DNA from: Octopus sinensis
Lineage: Eukaryota
NCBI RefSeq assembly: GCF_006345805.1
Contig: NC_043000.1
Span: 66,774,001 to 66,838,000 of the forward strand
Reading direction: 5' to 3'
DNA: 64,000 nucleotides
Position 1 is the stretch's first letter, and every line of letters begins with the position of its first letter. The notes under the pieces are model-generated. The model saw only the letters and a list, made by a program, of their open reading frames with translations, was not told the origin of the DNA and did no database searches. This document shows, piece by piece, positions 1 to 11,939 of this stretch. A program made the translations under genes and the position numbers.

Positions 1-114
1 TCGTACTGCAACGCCCTACTATATTAATAAGATATATATTTACATAACGTGGATATTTTCAGTAGGATCAACGATTACAATGCATCCATATCTTATTACA
101 TTATAGCATTCCAT

Positions 115-420
115 CCATCTTCTCCACCTGCTATTCCTGGAAAGGATGTTGGGGTAGTGCCCTTTGGCACCTCTTTCTTAAGGTCCTATCAGAAGCAACC
201 GTCATCAGATTTTTCAGCTGGATATCCAAGCGTGACCAACAGAGCCTATGGATTTTATCTAGCCATCTCGTTCTTGGTGTACAAGTTTCTTGCCGGTTGG
301 CTCCACTTAAAGAATCTGTCTTGCGATTCTTTTCTTCGATATTCTAATTACATGTCTGTAGTACTGGAGCTGTGACCTCTCAGTACGGAGAAATAGTGGC
401 TAGACCTGGGGGGACTGTCT
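115..420 (-). mobile_element. RTE-clade LINE, 3' end of ORF (degenerate)
   Basis: Minus strand reads SQLQYYRHVIRISKKRIARQIL*..PRTRWLDKIHRLCWSRLDI..VASDR, the typical RTE C-terminus, with a stop and a frameshift. Confidence 0.7.
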
Positions 421-527
421 GATCTCCGAGCTACGCAATCTGTCGAGTATCGTTACTCTAGAGATCCTATAACATTCTGATATTAAATTTTCACATATAG
501 AATTACAACTTTATAATTTCGAAATAT

Positions 528-650
528 TGATTTCAAATTTTTGTAAAAGGCCAGCAGTTTCGGGGGAGGAGGAAAGTAAATTACATCGACCCCCAGTACT
601 AAATTGGTACTTATTTTATCGACCCTACAAAGATGAAAGGTAAAGTTGAA
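528..650 (-). mobile_element. tRNA-derived SINE fragment
   Basis: Reverse complement of the CTTTCATC..GGGTCGATAAAATAAGTACC..GGGGTCGATGTAAT motif also seen in the SINE at 48665. Confidence 0.65.
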
Positions 651-1170
651 ATATTAAATAATTTATTGCTCAATGTCTTGTGGTATCATATTTTTACATC
701 TCCGTCATCTGATGACATCCAAACGTCTCGTGATACATTTGAGTAAGCTTCATAAAATTCAGGTCGATGCTCTACATTCCTTCTAAGACCGTATATGTAC
801 TGAAAAGAATGTAATTATTCTTTACATCATAAAGCTCTATTTACATCGCTATCAGAATATGACTCAATAATATCTCTACATCATCCCAAGTGATATTCGA
901 TACAATTAATGTCCCATTTTGTTTCAAAAACTAATTAACATAACACCCATTTCTTGTATATTTCTTGTCCAGTGTGGTGCATCTTTTCCACCTCTGCTTT
1001 TTTTATATTTTCTAATTTGACTTGGATCTTGATAAAAATTTAATTTTTTCCGATAGTTAGCTTTCCAATATCTTCATATTTATCACACTACACACAATCC
1101 TCCAGTATTTTCTACCTAATATCTTGTGGTTTAATGGAAATATTTTTATAAAGTTATCAATTGCACGGAC

Positions 1171-1236
<66 letters not shown>

Positions 1237-1299
1237 TAGGTGTTATCATCGGAATTTAAATTTTGATCGTTAGATTTACATGTCATCAGTGAGCTGTTT

Positions 1300-2160
1300 A
1301 ATTTGTGAATAGTGTGTTTCCAGTGCGTTTGTTTTAGTATTGAACTGCGTTATGAGTATTGCTTTAACTTTTAATTATCTACTTTCGTTTTGACTTCTGT
1401 AGAGTACAAGCGTGCAGTCTACTAATGTTTTTTTTTCTTATATCTCGTTGTTGTAAGTACATGATGTGTCGGCAGCAGGGCGTTGTACACGTATGGCCAA
1501 TATAACAGTCGAAGTTGTGAAATTTACAACATTCGCATTTGCTACCGTATTCATAAATTACATTGATCGACGTTTTCATAGATTTAAATACCTGTAGTTT
1601 TTTTAATGTACGAAGGATTTTAATTTTAGAGGCCCTTTAATATTAAAATTGAGTTATCGTTTATTAAAATGCATATTGTTTTCTGCGTTTTGCTTTTAAA
1701 ATATTTTGATGAATTTATCTTTTTTTTCTACGTGTAATGCTTTTGGTTTATAAAATACACTTTATGTATGGCTAGTGTATTTTTCAGAATTTTTAATATC
1801 TTAATAATTGTTATGTTTTTTACGTGTGTTAGTATCTCCTTTATTCTGTCATGTCTTTATCTACTGCTTCATTTGTGGAGGAGAATCTAAATGCTCTTCA
1901 GAGTAAAGATTTTATCACTAACTTTGTTATATCTATGTGGAAAGGTGGTTTTATCTGTCTGAAGTATGTGTTTATTCCTGTGTGGTTATCTTTTTTTTAC
2001 ATTTACCACGAATAAATCTTGAAGATTATAATCGATGTTTATAATATATTTATCTCTAACATTTTCAAGGGCTTGATAGAATAATCTGATTTTAGTTTTG
2101 ATTTTATTTTCGTTTTTTTTTAGAAAGAAACTTTATCAAATTTAAGAAAGATAATAGAAA
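1300..2160 (-). mobile_element. Penelope-like element fragment (RT C-terminus plus GIY-YIG), degenerate
   Basis: ORF 1379-1579 NVIYEYGSKCECC..CYIGHTCTT is GIY-YIG-like; upstream TFPHRYNKVSDKIFTLKS resembles the PLE RT thumb region. Confidence 0.55.
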
Positions 2161-2354
2161 CCAAAATAAAAAAATATATAACGAACAAACTAATTGCAGT
2201 GATAAATGCACAAATAAGAGCCACTTATTTCATTCGCATTTTTATGCGAATGAAATAAGTGGCTCTTATATTCATTGCGTTACATTTCTATAGGACAGTA
2301 TAGTGCGTATGTGAACGTATACCGTGTGTGTGAACATATGTTTGTTTTCCAACC

Positions 2355-2475
2355 ACATCGTCCCGGGCTCATTCCTAATTCGTTGCAACTTGGGCAAGTG
2401 ACTTCTACTATAGCTCCTAGTCGATCAAAGCCGTGTGAGAGGATTTGATAAACGGAATCTAAGAAAAGTCCGCCG
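2355..2475 (+). mobile_element. tRNA-derived SINE 5' fragment
   Basis: CTTGGGCAAGTGACTTCTACTATAGC..AAAGCCGTGTGAGAGGATTTG matches the full copy at 37338. Confidence 0.65.
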
Positions 2476-2533
2476 AACACACACTCACTCACACACACAC
2501 ATACATACACAGACACATGCATACATACATACA

Positions 2534-2566
<33 letters not shown>

Positions 2567-2869
2567 CTGTCTGTAGTGATCGAAACCACACAGAGAAATC
2601 TGACTGAGAGACAGTTAACGAAGATAAACTACGCTGAAAGTCTATGACAGATAGGCAGCTTTTGTCTCACCACAATATCAAATTAGGGGGATGTTATAGA
2701 TTTTGATACATAACCGTGTTAGTTTAGGAATATTGATATTTTACTCAGCATGTAAACTTAAACCTACTCTGACAATATGATACCACAATTGTGTATTATG
2801 ATTTTTGGGGAATGGTAAATGCTAAATTATTGGACATTTTCGATGAGATTGAGAAAAGTTTAAAGAAAC

Positions 2870-4080
2870 TCTAAATCTTTGAAGTAGCTATTTGTGAAGA
2901 CATTTTTTTTACAAGATATATTTCTAATTATCGGCTCTCTTGAGAACCTGCACAAACTACTTTCTGATGGTAGCGCAGAAAAATTTGACTGAAACGGAAA
3001 AATGGTGTACAACAAGGCTGGGGATGCAACAGTGATTCGTTCATGTCCCACTTCACGAGATATTTTCAGCATTTTAGTAATTGTCGTTAATGATCCAGCT
3101 ACTTTCATTATGTTCATACTCTTACTTGCTTTTCGACTGTATCAATACTTCAATAACTGGTTTGTCTTTTGGGTCCACTTTTTGCAGGACCTCTTTCTTA
3201 CGCATTTCCTCTCGAAGTCACATTTCCATTCCTCTTTCTTCTCAACGACAATGAAATCAAGTGTTTTGCTATGATCCCGAACATACTTTTCTCTAAGTCT
3301 TGATTCGCAGTGACACACTGCTTTGTAATCCGAAACACTTCATACATTTTATACCCTCGTCGCAGAATGTTGGCATCTTTCTTCCTTTGCGATGTGTAAC
3401 TAATGCCTTGCTTCCCTTCTAACTTTTTTGCATTGTTCCTTGTACTCTTCCTCCAATCTTTGCAAGCCAGTTTTTACTTTTGCATCTATTTCTATCTACT
3501 TTTTCATTTCATCTTCATGTTACCATACATTTCACCTTTCATCTGACTAAAACTTTGCTCCATCCACACTCCAGGTAGTACTTCTTTTACCCCAGCTTCC
3601 TTAATTCAACGTCTTTATCTCTTACGTCTCTGAACCTCAAACTCTTATTCTTATGTCATTAAGCATTAGTCTACAATGAGTTGCACCTTCTCCTTGAATA
3701 GTACTAGTTGCCTATTTGTGGTGAATATGAAGCCTATCTGGCTTGAATGCTCACCGAATGGTAGGTTTTCTGACGTTAGTTTTCAAGATTAAGAAGTTCT
3801 TTGCTTTATAGAATTCATCTTCATTCCTAGTTCTTCACGCGTAATTTCCATGTACGCCGGAAAAGCCATCGTCATGTTGTGCAGTATGTCTAGTGAAGTC
3901 ACAGATTTGATATCGAGATATCTGTCATTGTCACTGGGTTATTCTGCAAGTGGGCTGCATAGAATCAGTCTTTTTTTTGGTCACCTGTCAGTCCTGACTG
4001 TGATTCATATGCAGGGATAATTGTTTCTGTCGTGCTGCTTATGACTTGTTTAAACTGAATTGTTCTGTTACATTTTCTGA
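2870..4080 (-). mobile_element. RTE-clade LINE fragment (AP endonuclease C-terminus and linker), degenerate
   Basis: Minus strand shows a degenerate SAYAPQ-type APE motif (ICISQSGLTGDQKKD) and EVFRITKQCVTANQDL..KKEEWK, with many stops. Confidence 0.65.
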
Positions 4081-4121
4081 CTAGCTTAATTACTTTATCT
4101 ATCTATTTCTATACCATATAT

Positions 4122-4155
<34 letters not shown>

Positions 4156-4285
4156 GTATATTGAGAGAGAGAGAGAGAGAGAGAGAGAAGGGAGGGATGG
4201 AGGGGGAGAGGCTGTTATGCAGATAAACAAATTAGGTACAGTAATTATATCAAAGATATTAAATACAATAGTTTGGGTATGAAAT

Positions 4286-4343
<58 letters not shown>

Positions 4344-4628
4344 TATATATATATATATATATATATACTCCCATTTTGCGTGTATACATATATACATATT
4401 TTGTATTTCATGCCCAAACTATTATACTGAATATGTTTAATGCACCTAATTAATGCACCTAATTTGTTTATCTGCATAATAGCCTCTATATCCGCTCAAT
4501 TTGATCCCTCTACAGTCATTCTTTACCTTGCAGAATCGATCCCCTGCAAAAACATCGGAATCTAAGTTTGAATCATTTGAGCACAACTAAATGTCTTCTA
4601 TACTGAGAAACTTTGGATCTCATCTGTG

Positions 4629-4695
<67 letters not shown>

Positions 4696-5214
4696 ACACA
4701 CACACACACATGCACATACTCGTGCTCAATCTTAGTCAGCGTTTTTACTCGAATAAATTTGTATTCATGTTCCTTGTCCGTGAGGAATTTAACTGATGTT
4801 CCTTCCAACTTATGTTTAATATTTTCGTTATGCAAAATTAATAGTAATGAAAATTGTAGCAATGCTTCATTCTCAAATAACAGCATGACTACCCAAGCTC
4901 AAGATCTTTAGCGAGACACCATTTTATGTATGGATGTACCTGGTGTGACCAGGACTGCAAAATAGACGCAACAAAACATGTTGCACGGAGTACCACCCAT
5001 AAGGGACAGTAGCAGGATGGGTTGAAATGATAACAGTATAAAATAAAGAGTAATACCAACTCCATCTTCTGGTTACTTAATCAATTACTATTATCTCAAC
5101 TAACACTGCGGAATTCCTGAAGTAGATCCAACGATGACACCAGGTAGCCCAAACCGTGCCAGTGCTCTACTCAGCACTTCAATACACTAATCGACATATA
5201 CCCATTAGTCCAAA

Positions 5215-5267
<53 letters not shown>

Positions 5268-5409
5268 TCAAATATAAGAGGGATGGTATTATTAAAATGC
5301 CATCACAAATGGCAAGCGAATATCACCCTTACAGGCAAATTAATAATATATATACACACAGTATAAGATATATATATATATATACAGAGAGAGAGAGAAA
5401 GAAAAAAAG

Positions 5410-5740
5410 ATGTAGTTCAGCAATATTGTATCCCATCGTTGTTCGGTTCGCTGTATGGGTAAGCAATCCCTTCTTTAGTCCAAAAATTGATAGTAATGGT
5501 ATATGGTCAGTTTGTAGCAAAAAACTCCTACCATGTAGAAATTTGTGAATTATTTTTTACCGCAAAAATAATCGATAGAGCCTCCTTCTCTGACCGACTA
5601 TACTTTTTATCAGAGTGGAAGCACCGTTTTTATCCAGCTACTCTGACGAGCGGAGACTTTACCCAATCGTCTAATTACCTAATATCCATGTAAAACCAAT
5701 TGATAGACCGAGTGAAATGGATCTATAATACTGTAGACTT
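5410..5740 (-). mobile_element. Ty3/Gypsy LTR retrotransposon RNase H fragment
   Basis: YSRSEKEALSIIFAVK then LQTDHIPLLSIFGLKKGLLTHTANR and QRWDTILLNY across frameshifts. Confidence 0.85.
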
Positions 5741-5747
5741 AGATAGA

Positions 5748-5955
<208 letters not shown>

Positions 5956-6764
5956 TAGTTCTCTAAGAATCCATAAGTCAGAAAAATATGCATCAGTTTA
6001 ATTCTCCATTGAGAATTAATCGAAGTTTACTTTATTATAGATCCATTACACCCGATATTACGGCTTTTCAGAGATGGCAGGTTACTATTTCTGAAGAACC
6101 GTGCAATAATCTAACTTACTGTTTTAATATCGAGTGCGAAAGTGATCGGTAAGATCGGTAAGATCGGCTGTACTTTCTACTATGATTAATGCACACACAC
6201 GCGCACACGCGCGCACGCGCACACGCACACACACATACATATATACATATAACAGTGGATTATTACTACGTCTCTCTAAGACAGATAGCACTCAATAAAT
6301 ATTAATTGTAGAGTAAGAATTTATTGTCAGAATCGTGCAGTGACCAGCGTTTTCAGACAGGATTGAGAATCTTCGAAATGATGTAACATTAAGAAAATTG
6401 AGATGTTGCTTAATGGTTAGTGTTGATGGGTTTGGAAGAAGTTTTCTAATAGTGGCGAATTCTGGTTGGTTTTAGTTCTGTTTTGTCTGTCATTTTTTTT
6501 TGTTGATTTTATGTGAATTGTGTTATAAACAATGTTATGTGATATGAAGTATGTTATTGTGCATATATATATCATGTTTATATGTATGTGCGTTAGTGTA
6601 TGTCATGCGTGTGTATGTATGAATAAAATAGGTAGGTAGTTTAATTAAATCTAAATTTGAAATGTGTTTCATTGTTGTTGAGTTCAAATTCTAAAGTTCA
6701 TGGGGGATGGACAAAAGACAATTGCAGGAACGGTTGAATGCTTTGGTGAATATGTGTGTGCGTC

Positions 6765-6797
<33 letters not shown>

Positions 6798-7264
6798 TGA
6801 GCGTCGGGAATGCTAATTTGGGGAAAAGGAATTTAAGGAATAATACAAACTAAAGTATATTTATCTTTGGTAGCGACGTTAATTGATAGCAGTAAGTTAT
6901 AGAATTTCAAACTACAGTTTACAACTCAAAGTCTGTATGGAATGGACAATAGGCGAAGTTTGGAGGGAGCGAATGTGAGTGTGTGTATGCGTTTGAATGA
7001 GTCTGTGTATAGGATGCGTTGGGATGCTTTCGGGTGGCTATTTTTAGTGATGAAGAAACTTACAGGGATAATTAAAAATAAAATTGTAATATTATTTTAT
7101 TCTTTACTCGTTAGCGAAGTCAGTTATTGGTAGCTTGGTTTAGAAGCAAAATTAGAGTTCAGATTTCATGATTAATAATGGATAAGCCATATGAGCCATA
7201 TGAGGCAGTTGGATGCGTGAAAGAGTAGGGATGGTATGGAAATATGATTTCTTTCTTTCGATTC

Positions 7265-8090
7265 TTAGAAAGTTTTCCACTTGTTTCCACAGTCCTTTGC
7301 ATTTTTATTGAACTCCAAAAGGCGATTTGAGCTGCAATGGTTGGGTAGTAGAGAGCAGACATGGCAGAGCTTCATAGCATGGTCTGCTTCTCCATATCCA
7401 AAGGTAATTGAGTCGGTCTTGTAACCCCGTATAACCAATGCAACTTTTTGATCGTTCGGTGGTTGAGTGTTTTCTATTGGTAGTTCTGAACCTGGAGGGA
7501 TGAGGTACCCATGTTAACTAGAGGAGAGTCAAGCTTTTCATCCAGAGCTGGAGTCTGGTTTCTTCTCGAGATGTCGTTTCAAATTGGACATGGCTGAGGA
7601 AGCTTCTTGACTTTAGCGGTTAGGCCGGGGGTTGACGTCCAAAGATGAGGTGGCATTCATCACTAGTAGCTCTTGTCATCTCGACTTGACCGATCATTTT
7701 TCTCTGATATCGGCAGGAATAATACCAGTGAGGAGGTGCAAGTTGCTTGTGTTGGTGGGTTTCACGCATCCAGTGATAAGGTGGCAGGTGTCGTTCAATG
7801 CTGAGTCAAGTTCCTTGGCAGCGGTTGATCTTTTTCTCAGAAAGGACATGCATACTACACAGAAGAGTAGCACAAAGTCAGAGCAATAGATTTCAATGTG
7901 TGTGCTATGGCTTCGCGTTTGAAGCTGACCGTTTTCCCTATGACGTTGTTTCGAGAACCATCTTTCAATTAAATTTTGAGTGCACCTTAAAGGAGAGAGT
8001 GCGGTTCAAAGTTAAACAGAGTGAGTATAATGTCCCAGTGGTGTTCCAGACCATTCGATGTTTAAAAATCTGTTGGTTTTGTGACTCCTG
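7265..8090 (-). mobile_element. Ingi/Vingi-like (I-group) LINE 3' portion, degenerate
   Basis: TLDRTLSFKVH, ALNDTCHLITGCVKPTNTSNLHLLTGIIPADIR and a decayed C-terminal zinc motif (GEADHAMK..LLPNHC). Confidence 0.7.
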
Positions 8091-8341
8091 AGGTGGAACA
8101 AGCTGACTTGCATCTTCGCTGGGCTGGCATACAGGTTATTCAGTCCTATATTTAAGAGATGCGGAATTATGTACATTATTTACATTATTTACATTCAACG
8201 GATATTTGTTCTCATCTTGTTTGTTGTTAACACAACGTTTCAGCTGATATATCTTCCAGCCTTCTTTGGGTTTCTTGGGGAAATTTCGAACCTGGGTTCT
8301 CATTCCTAAGGTATTTTTCGATGTTATTATTATTATTATTA

Positions 8342-8375
<34 letters not shown>

Positions 8376-9149
8376 TTAATGTATGTCTGTGGATATGCTT
8401 AAATCTATGTAGATGCACATTCATATAAGCATATCAACAAACCTATTCCAATAGTCATCCCTCATATATACGTATGCTTATCGCTACACCCATTCAATAT
8501 TTCTCCTTCTCTTTTGTTATGCTCCCATCCTTCAACCCGGCTTTAAAATGTTGGTAGAATTCGCAGGTAATCCAAGTATTACTTGACGAAAATCACGATG
8601 TGAATGCTTCTAATGTGTTAATTTCGAACCTGGTACAAAAAAGTGTGTGTCTCTTTATCTATATATGCGTAAGGGCAAATAATCGGGCGCGGATTCAGAA
8701 ACAACAAAACATATTCATGTGCATCAATATATGGAAACGCGTAAACACACACATGTACACAAAGGTATGCAAACATATACAAACACATATGAGTACATAA
8801 GTGTATATACATAACGTGGTTCGTCAGAGCATTGTGTGCAGGAAACATAAGCAAGTACAAATATGAGTTGCGGAACAGTTGCAATTAGCCGTGTGCATAG
8901 ATTTTAAAGGGCGTATCTGTGTAATTAAGTAGTTGTTGATACATGTGTGGAGAGACAGGCATCCTTATGTATAGGAATTCAAGATGTACACAGACATGCA
9001 CGTATAACTGCATCATCACAGGTATGTGTTGGACACACACACACACACACAACACACACACATGCATGCACGCACACATACACACACAAATACAAACACA
9101 TACATACACACATTAAATGGGGGAATATCAGGGGGATAGACTGAGTACT

Positions 9150-9560
9150 GTAGGAAGTGTGTTTGGTTAGGAGTGAAATGTTATGTGAGCAATTTAAACT
9201 GATACACATCTTAAGCCTGCACAATACGAGAGGGAGGTTTTGTCCGTGTCTCCAAAATCACATTAACTCTATCTTCATTTTAAGAATGTTGTTCTTGTTG
9301 TGATGCAAAGAGTGCAGAATTTAGAGTTTAGGGTGTTAGATATTGCTCTTTCTAAGATGTTTCTTTTAGGTGCTAGGTGCGTGTAACCAGTCTTGCGGTC
9401 CACTGTTCGCTGTTTTTAAGTGTGTAAGTATGTTGGTTAAGGCGGAGTTTGAGCTCGTTGGCGGTTAGGTCGACCTAACCTGTACTGAGGAGATTTTTTT
9501 TTTTAGCAGAATATATGGTGATGTCCCTACGAAACAGAAATATACTTCAAATTTAGGTTC
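9150..9560 (-). mobile_element. Penelope-like GIY-YIG fragment
   Basis: VDLTANELKLRLNQHTYTLKN..HLKE and LRHGQNLPLVL..CSH, related to the endonuclease at 23532. Confidence 0.55.
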
Positions 9561-9901
9561 TTTTCTTACCTGAATTCCAGTTTTCCAAATCAGCTTTTCC
9601 GGTGCCCACACTCGTTCATCCACACTCATTCAGACCCTTCTACCTTCTTATTTTGTCCATCCTTCATAAACTGTGTGTGGGTTTGAAGTTGATTTTTAAT
9701 AAAACTGTAATGAGTCTCTTTTTCTTTGATTCTTTCTTTATACTTGTACACTATATAATCCTTAAGCTTAATGTCAGTAGCCATCCCCTAGTTTATGAAA
9801 AAAATACAAAAATCCTTGCTTAGAACTGTGCGCTTCACCGTTCCAGCGACGCTATTGTGAAAATTACCCGACAACGACGGGTAATTTTCAAAATAGCGTC
9901 T

Positions 9902-9933
<32 letters not shown>

Positions 9934-9939
9934 CACACA

Positions 9940-10185
9940 CATCTTTTCTCTATTGTCATTCAATTGTTTCATTGTAATGCATCCATGTGAGGCTGGGGCA
10001 CCACCTTGAAGGTATCACCAAAACAAATTCACCACAGAACCTTTTTGTTTTGAGCCTGCTACCTATTCTATTGGTATGTTTTGCCAAACTGCTAAGTTAC
10101 AGGGATGTAAACAAACCCACACTAGTTGTCAAGTAATGGTGGATGACAAATATAAGCACAAAGACACATACACATACATATGTAT
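9940..10185 (-). mobile_element. SINE 3' half
   Basis: Reverse complement of the TTGACAAC..GTTTACATCCC..TTAGCAGTTTGGC..AGAATAG..AAGGTGGTGCCCCAGC tail of the 37338 family. Confidence 0.7.
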
Positions 10186-10204
10186 TTACATAATACATAT
10201 TTAT

Positions 10205-10560
10205 CTATCTATATATATCTTATATAAAATCCGTTCTGTGTGTGTGTCTTCTAGGATCTCGGGCATCCTCCATCCGATGGCGCTCAAATTTGATATGTAG
10301 ATACCGACGGTATCAGGGCGTTTATAAGTCTTGAAAAAATTACAAAAATCGATTCCAGGTGAGAATGCGATCGATAAAGCCGTGGGAACGTGCATTTGTA
10401 CGCACAAGTACATCAGCTGTTGCGATCGATCCTACACTTACGCGAGAAAAATGCACGTGCAGTTTGCGCAAAAAAAAGGCTGGTTTGAAATAATGCCGCA
10501 AAATGCAGTATATTTAAGAGACCAAAAAAGTAAGATGCAAAAGAAATATTTTCTTCAAAC
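10205..10560 (+). mobile_element. Possible non-autonomous Helitron/Helentron-like 5' end
   Basis: TCTTATATAAAAT then (TG)n then CCGATGGCGCTCAAATTTG, a layout resembling DINE-1/HINE-type elements; no 3' end confirmed. Confidence 0.35.
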
Positions 10561-10848
10561 TTGGCATGAACGAAGGAAAGACTATTTGGTTTCTCAAGAA
10601 GTTTTTTTTTTTTTTGCCTTAACTTCGTTTAACAAAACCAAAAATTTTATTGAAATAAAGGCATGCTTAATTATTTGTTAATGAAAAGAACTTTAAACCA
10701 TGTTTGTGTTCTCCCAGTCAACAGCCTTATCATTACTGGTACTTTAAACTCTTCGGTTGCATATTTGTGTGAATAAAATTGTTTTTCTTTGGAATAGAAA
10801 AAAGTCTTTATTTATTTCTTTTGCTGGTGTCTCAAATTTAGGTTAAAT

Positions 10849-10960
10849 CAGTGTTTCTCAAAGGGGAGGCTTATGTGACGGTTGGACAAGTTGTTTTGAG
10901 AAAATTTGGTTTAAATGTTTGACAACTCAGCACCGTTCATTGGACGAGAGGCGCGGCGTT
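10849..10960 (+). mobile_element. Possible hAT (Charlie-like) terminal fragment
   Basis: Starts CAGTGTTTCTCAA; a similar CAGTGGTTCTCAAC end lies at 46027; no partner TIR found. Confidence 0.3.
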
Positions 10961-10972
10961 TTGATCGTATAT

Positions 10973-11024
<52 letters not shown>

Positions 11025-11028
<4 letters not shown>

Positions 11029-11195
11029 ACTGGCTCGTTAAAATTTACCTCTACCAAATACACTCACAAAGCTTTGGTCAACCCAGGGCCATAGTAGAAG
11101 ATACTTGTCCAAGGTGCCACTTAGTGAATGGGACTGAACCCTAGACTATATAGTTTGGAAGTAAACTGCTTAACTACGCACCTACATTTGCCCCT
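11025..11195 (-). mobile_element. SINE 5' half
   Basis: Reverse complement of the tRNA-like head (GGTTCAGTCCC B box) and CTTGGACAAGTATCTTCTACTATGG. Confidence 0.7.
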
Positions 11196-11273
11196 ATATA
11201 TATAATATATATATATAATAATATATAATAATATATGATAATATATAATAATATATAATAATATATATATATG

Positions 11274-11321
<48 letters not shown>

Positions 11322-11357
11322 ATATAATAATATATTAATATATATATATATATAATA

Positions 11358-11407
<50 letters not shown>

Positions 11408-11642
11408 ATATATAAAACGTATATATTCTACCAAATGTATACGTTTTATTTTTATTTTGCACATTACTAAATCATCGGTATATTTTTTTATCTTATATTT
11501 AATATTTCTATTATATATAATTTTCCAGATGGTGTAATTTAATTTTTCATTTTGAATATGGTGTTTTTTTCTAATTTATATATATATATATATATATATA
11601 ATATATCTGCGTGTGTGTGTGTGTACGTAAAATAAATAAATG

Positions 11643-11884
11643 CGCCCTTTTAAAGCCTAGTTTACCTCATGGGCCCAGTTTTCCGGTTTCAATGGCGTAT
11701 GTGTTCCCCAGCTGGACGGGACGCCAGTCCATCGCAGCGTTACTCATTTTTGCCAGCTGAGTGGACTGGAGCAGCGTGAAATGAAATGTTTTGCTCAAGA
11801 ACACAACGCGTCGCCCAGTCCAAGAATCGAAACCACAATCTTACGATCATGATGCTGACACCCTAACCACTAAGCCACGCGCCT

Positions 11885-11886
<2 letters not shown>
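11643..11886 (-). mobile_element. tRNA-derived SINE with V-SINE-like core
   Basis: A box TGGCTTAGTGG, B box GTTTCGATTC, core TTGTGTTCTTGAGCAA..CTCCAGTCCACTCAGCTGG and CGATGGACTGGCGTCCCGTCCAG. Confidence 0.8.
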
Positions 11887-11922
<36 letters not shown>

Positions 11923-11939
11923 ACATACATACATATATA

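Noticed and set aside
660-1140. Possible old LINE remnant on the minus strand
   Set aside because: No diagnostic motif could be read in any frame
4620-4886. Minus-strand ORF segment HKLEGTSVKFLTDKEHEYKFIRVK with a possible GTATGT donor
   Set aside because: No recognisable homology, weak acceptor, and no partner exons found
8580-8645. Possible HHR (TTGACGA..CGAAC-CTG-GTA)
   Set aside because: Core and GAAA both altered, and no stem I pairing
11780-11886. tRNA-like A/B boxes here and at 37338, 48665 and 63120
   Set aside because: They are SINE heads that continue into SINE bodies; no acceptor stem or complete cloverleaf
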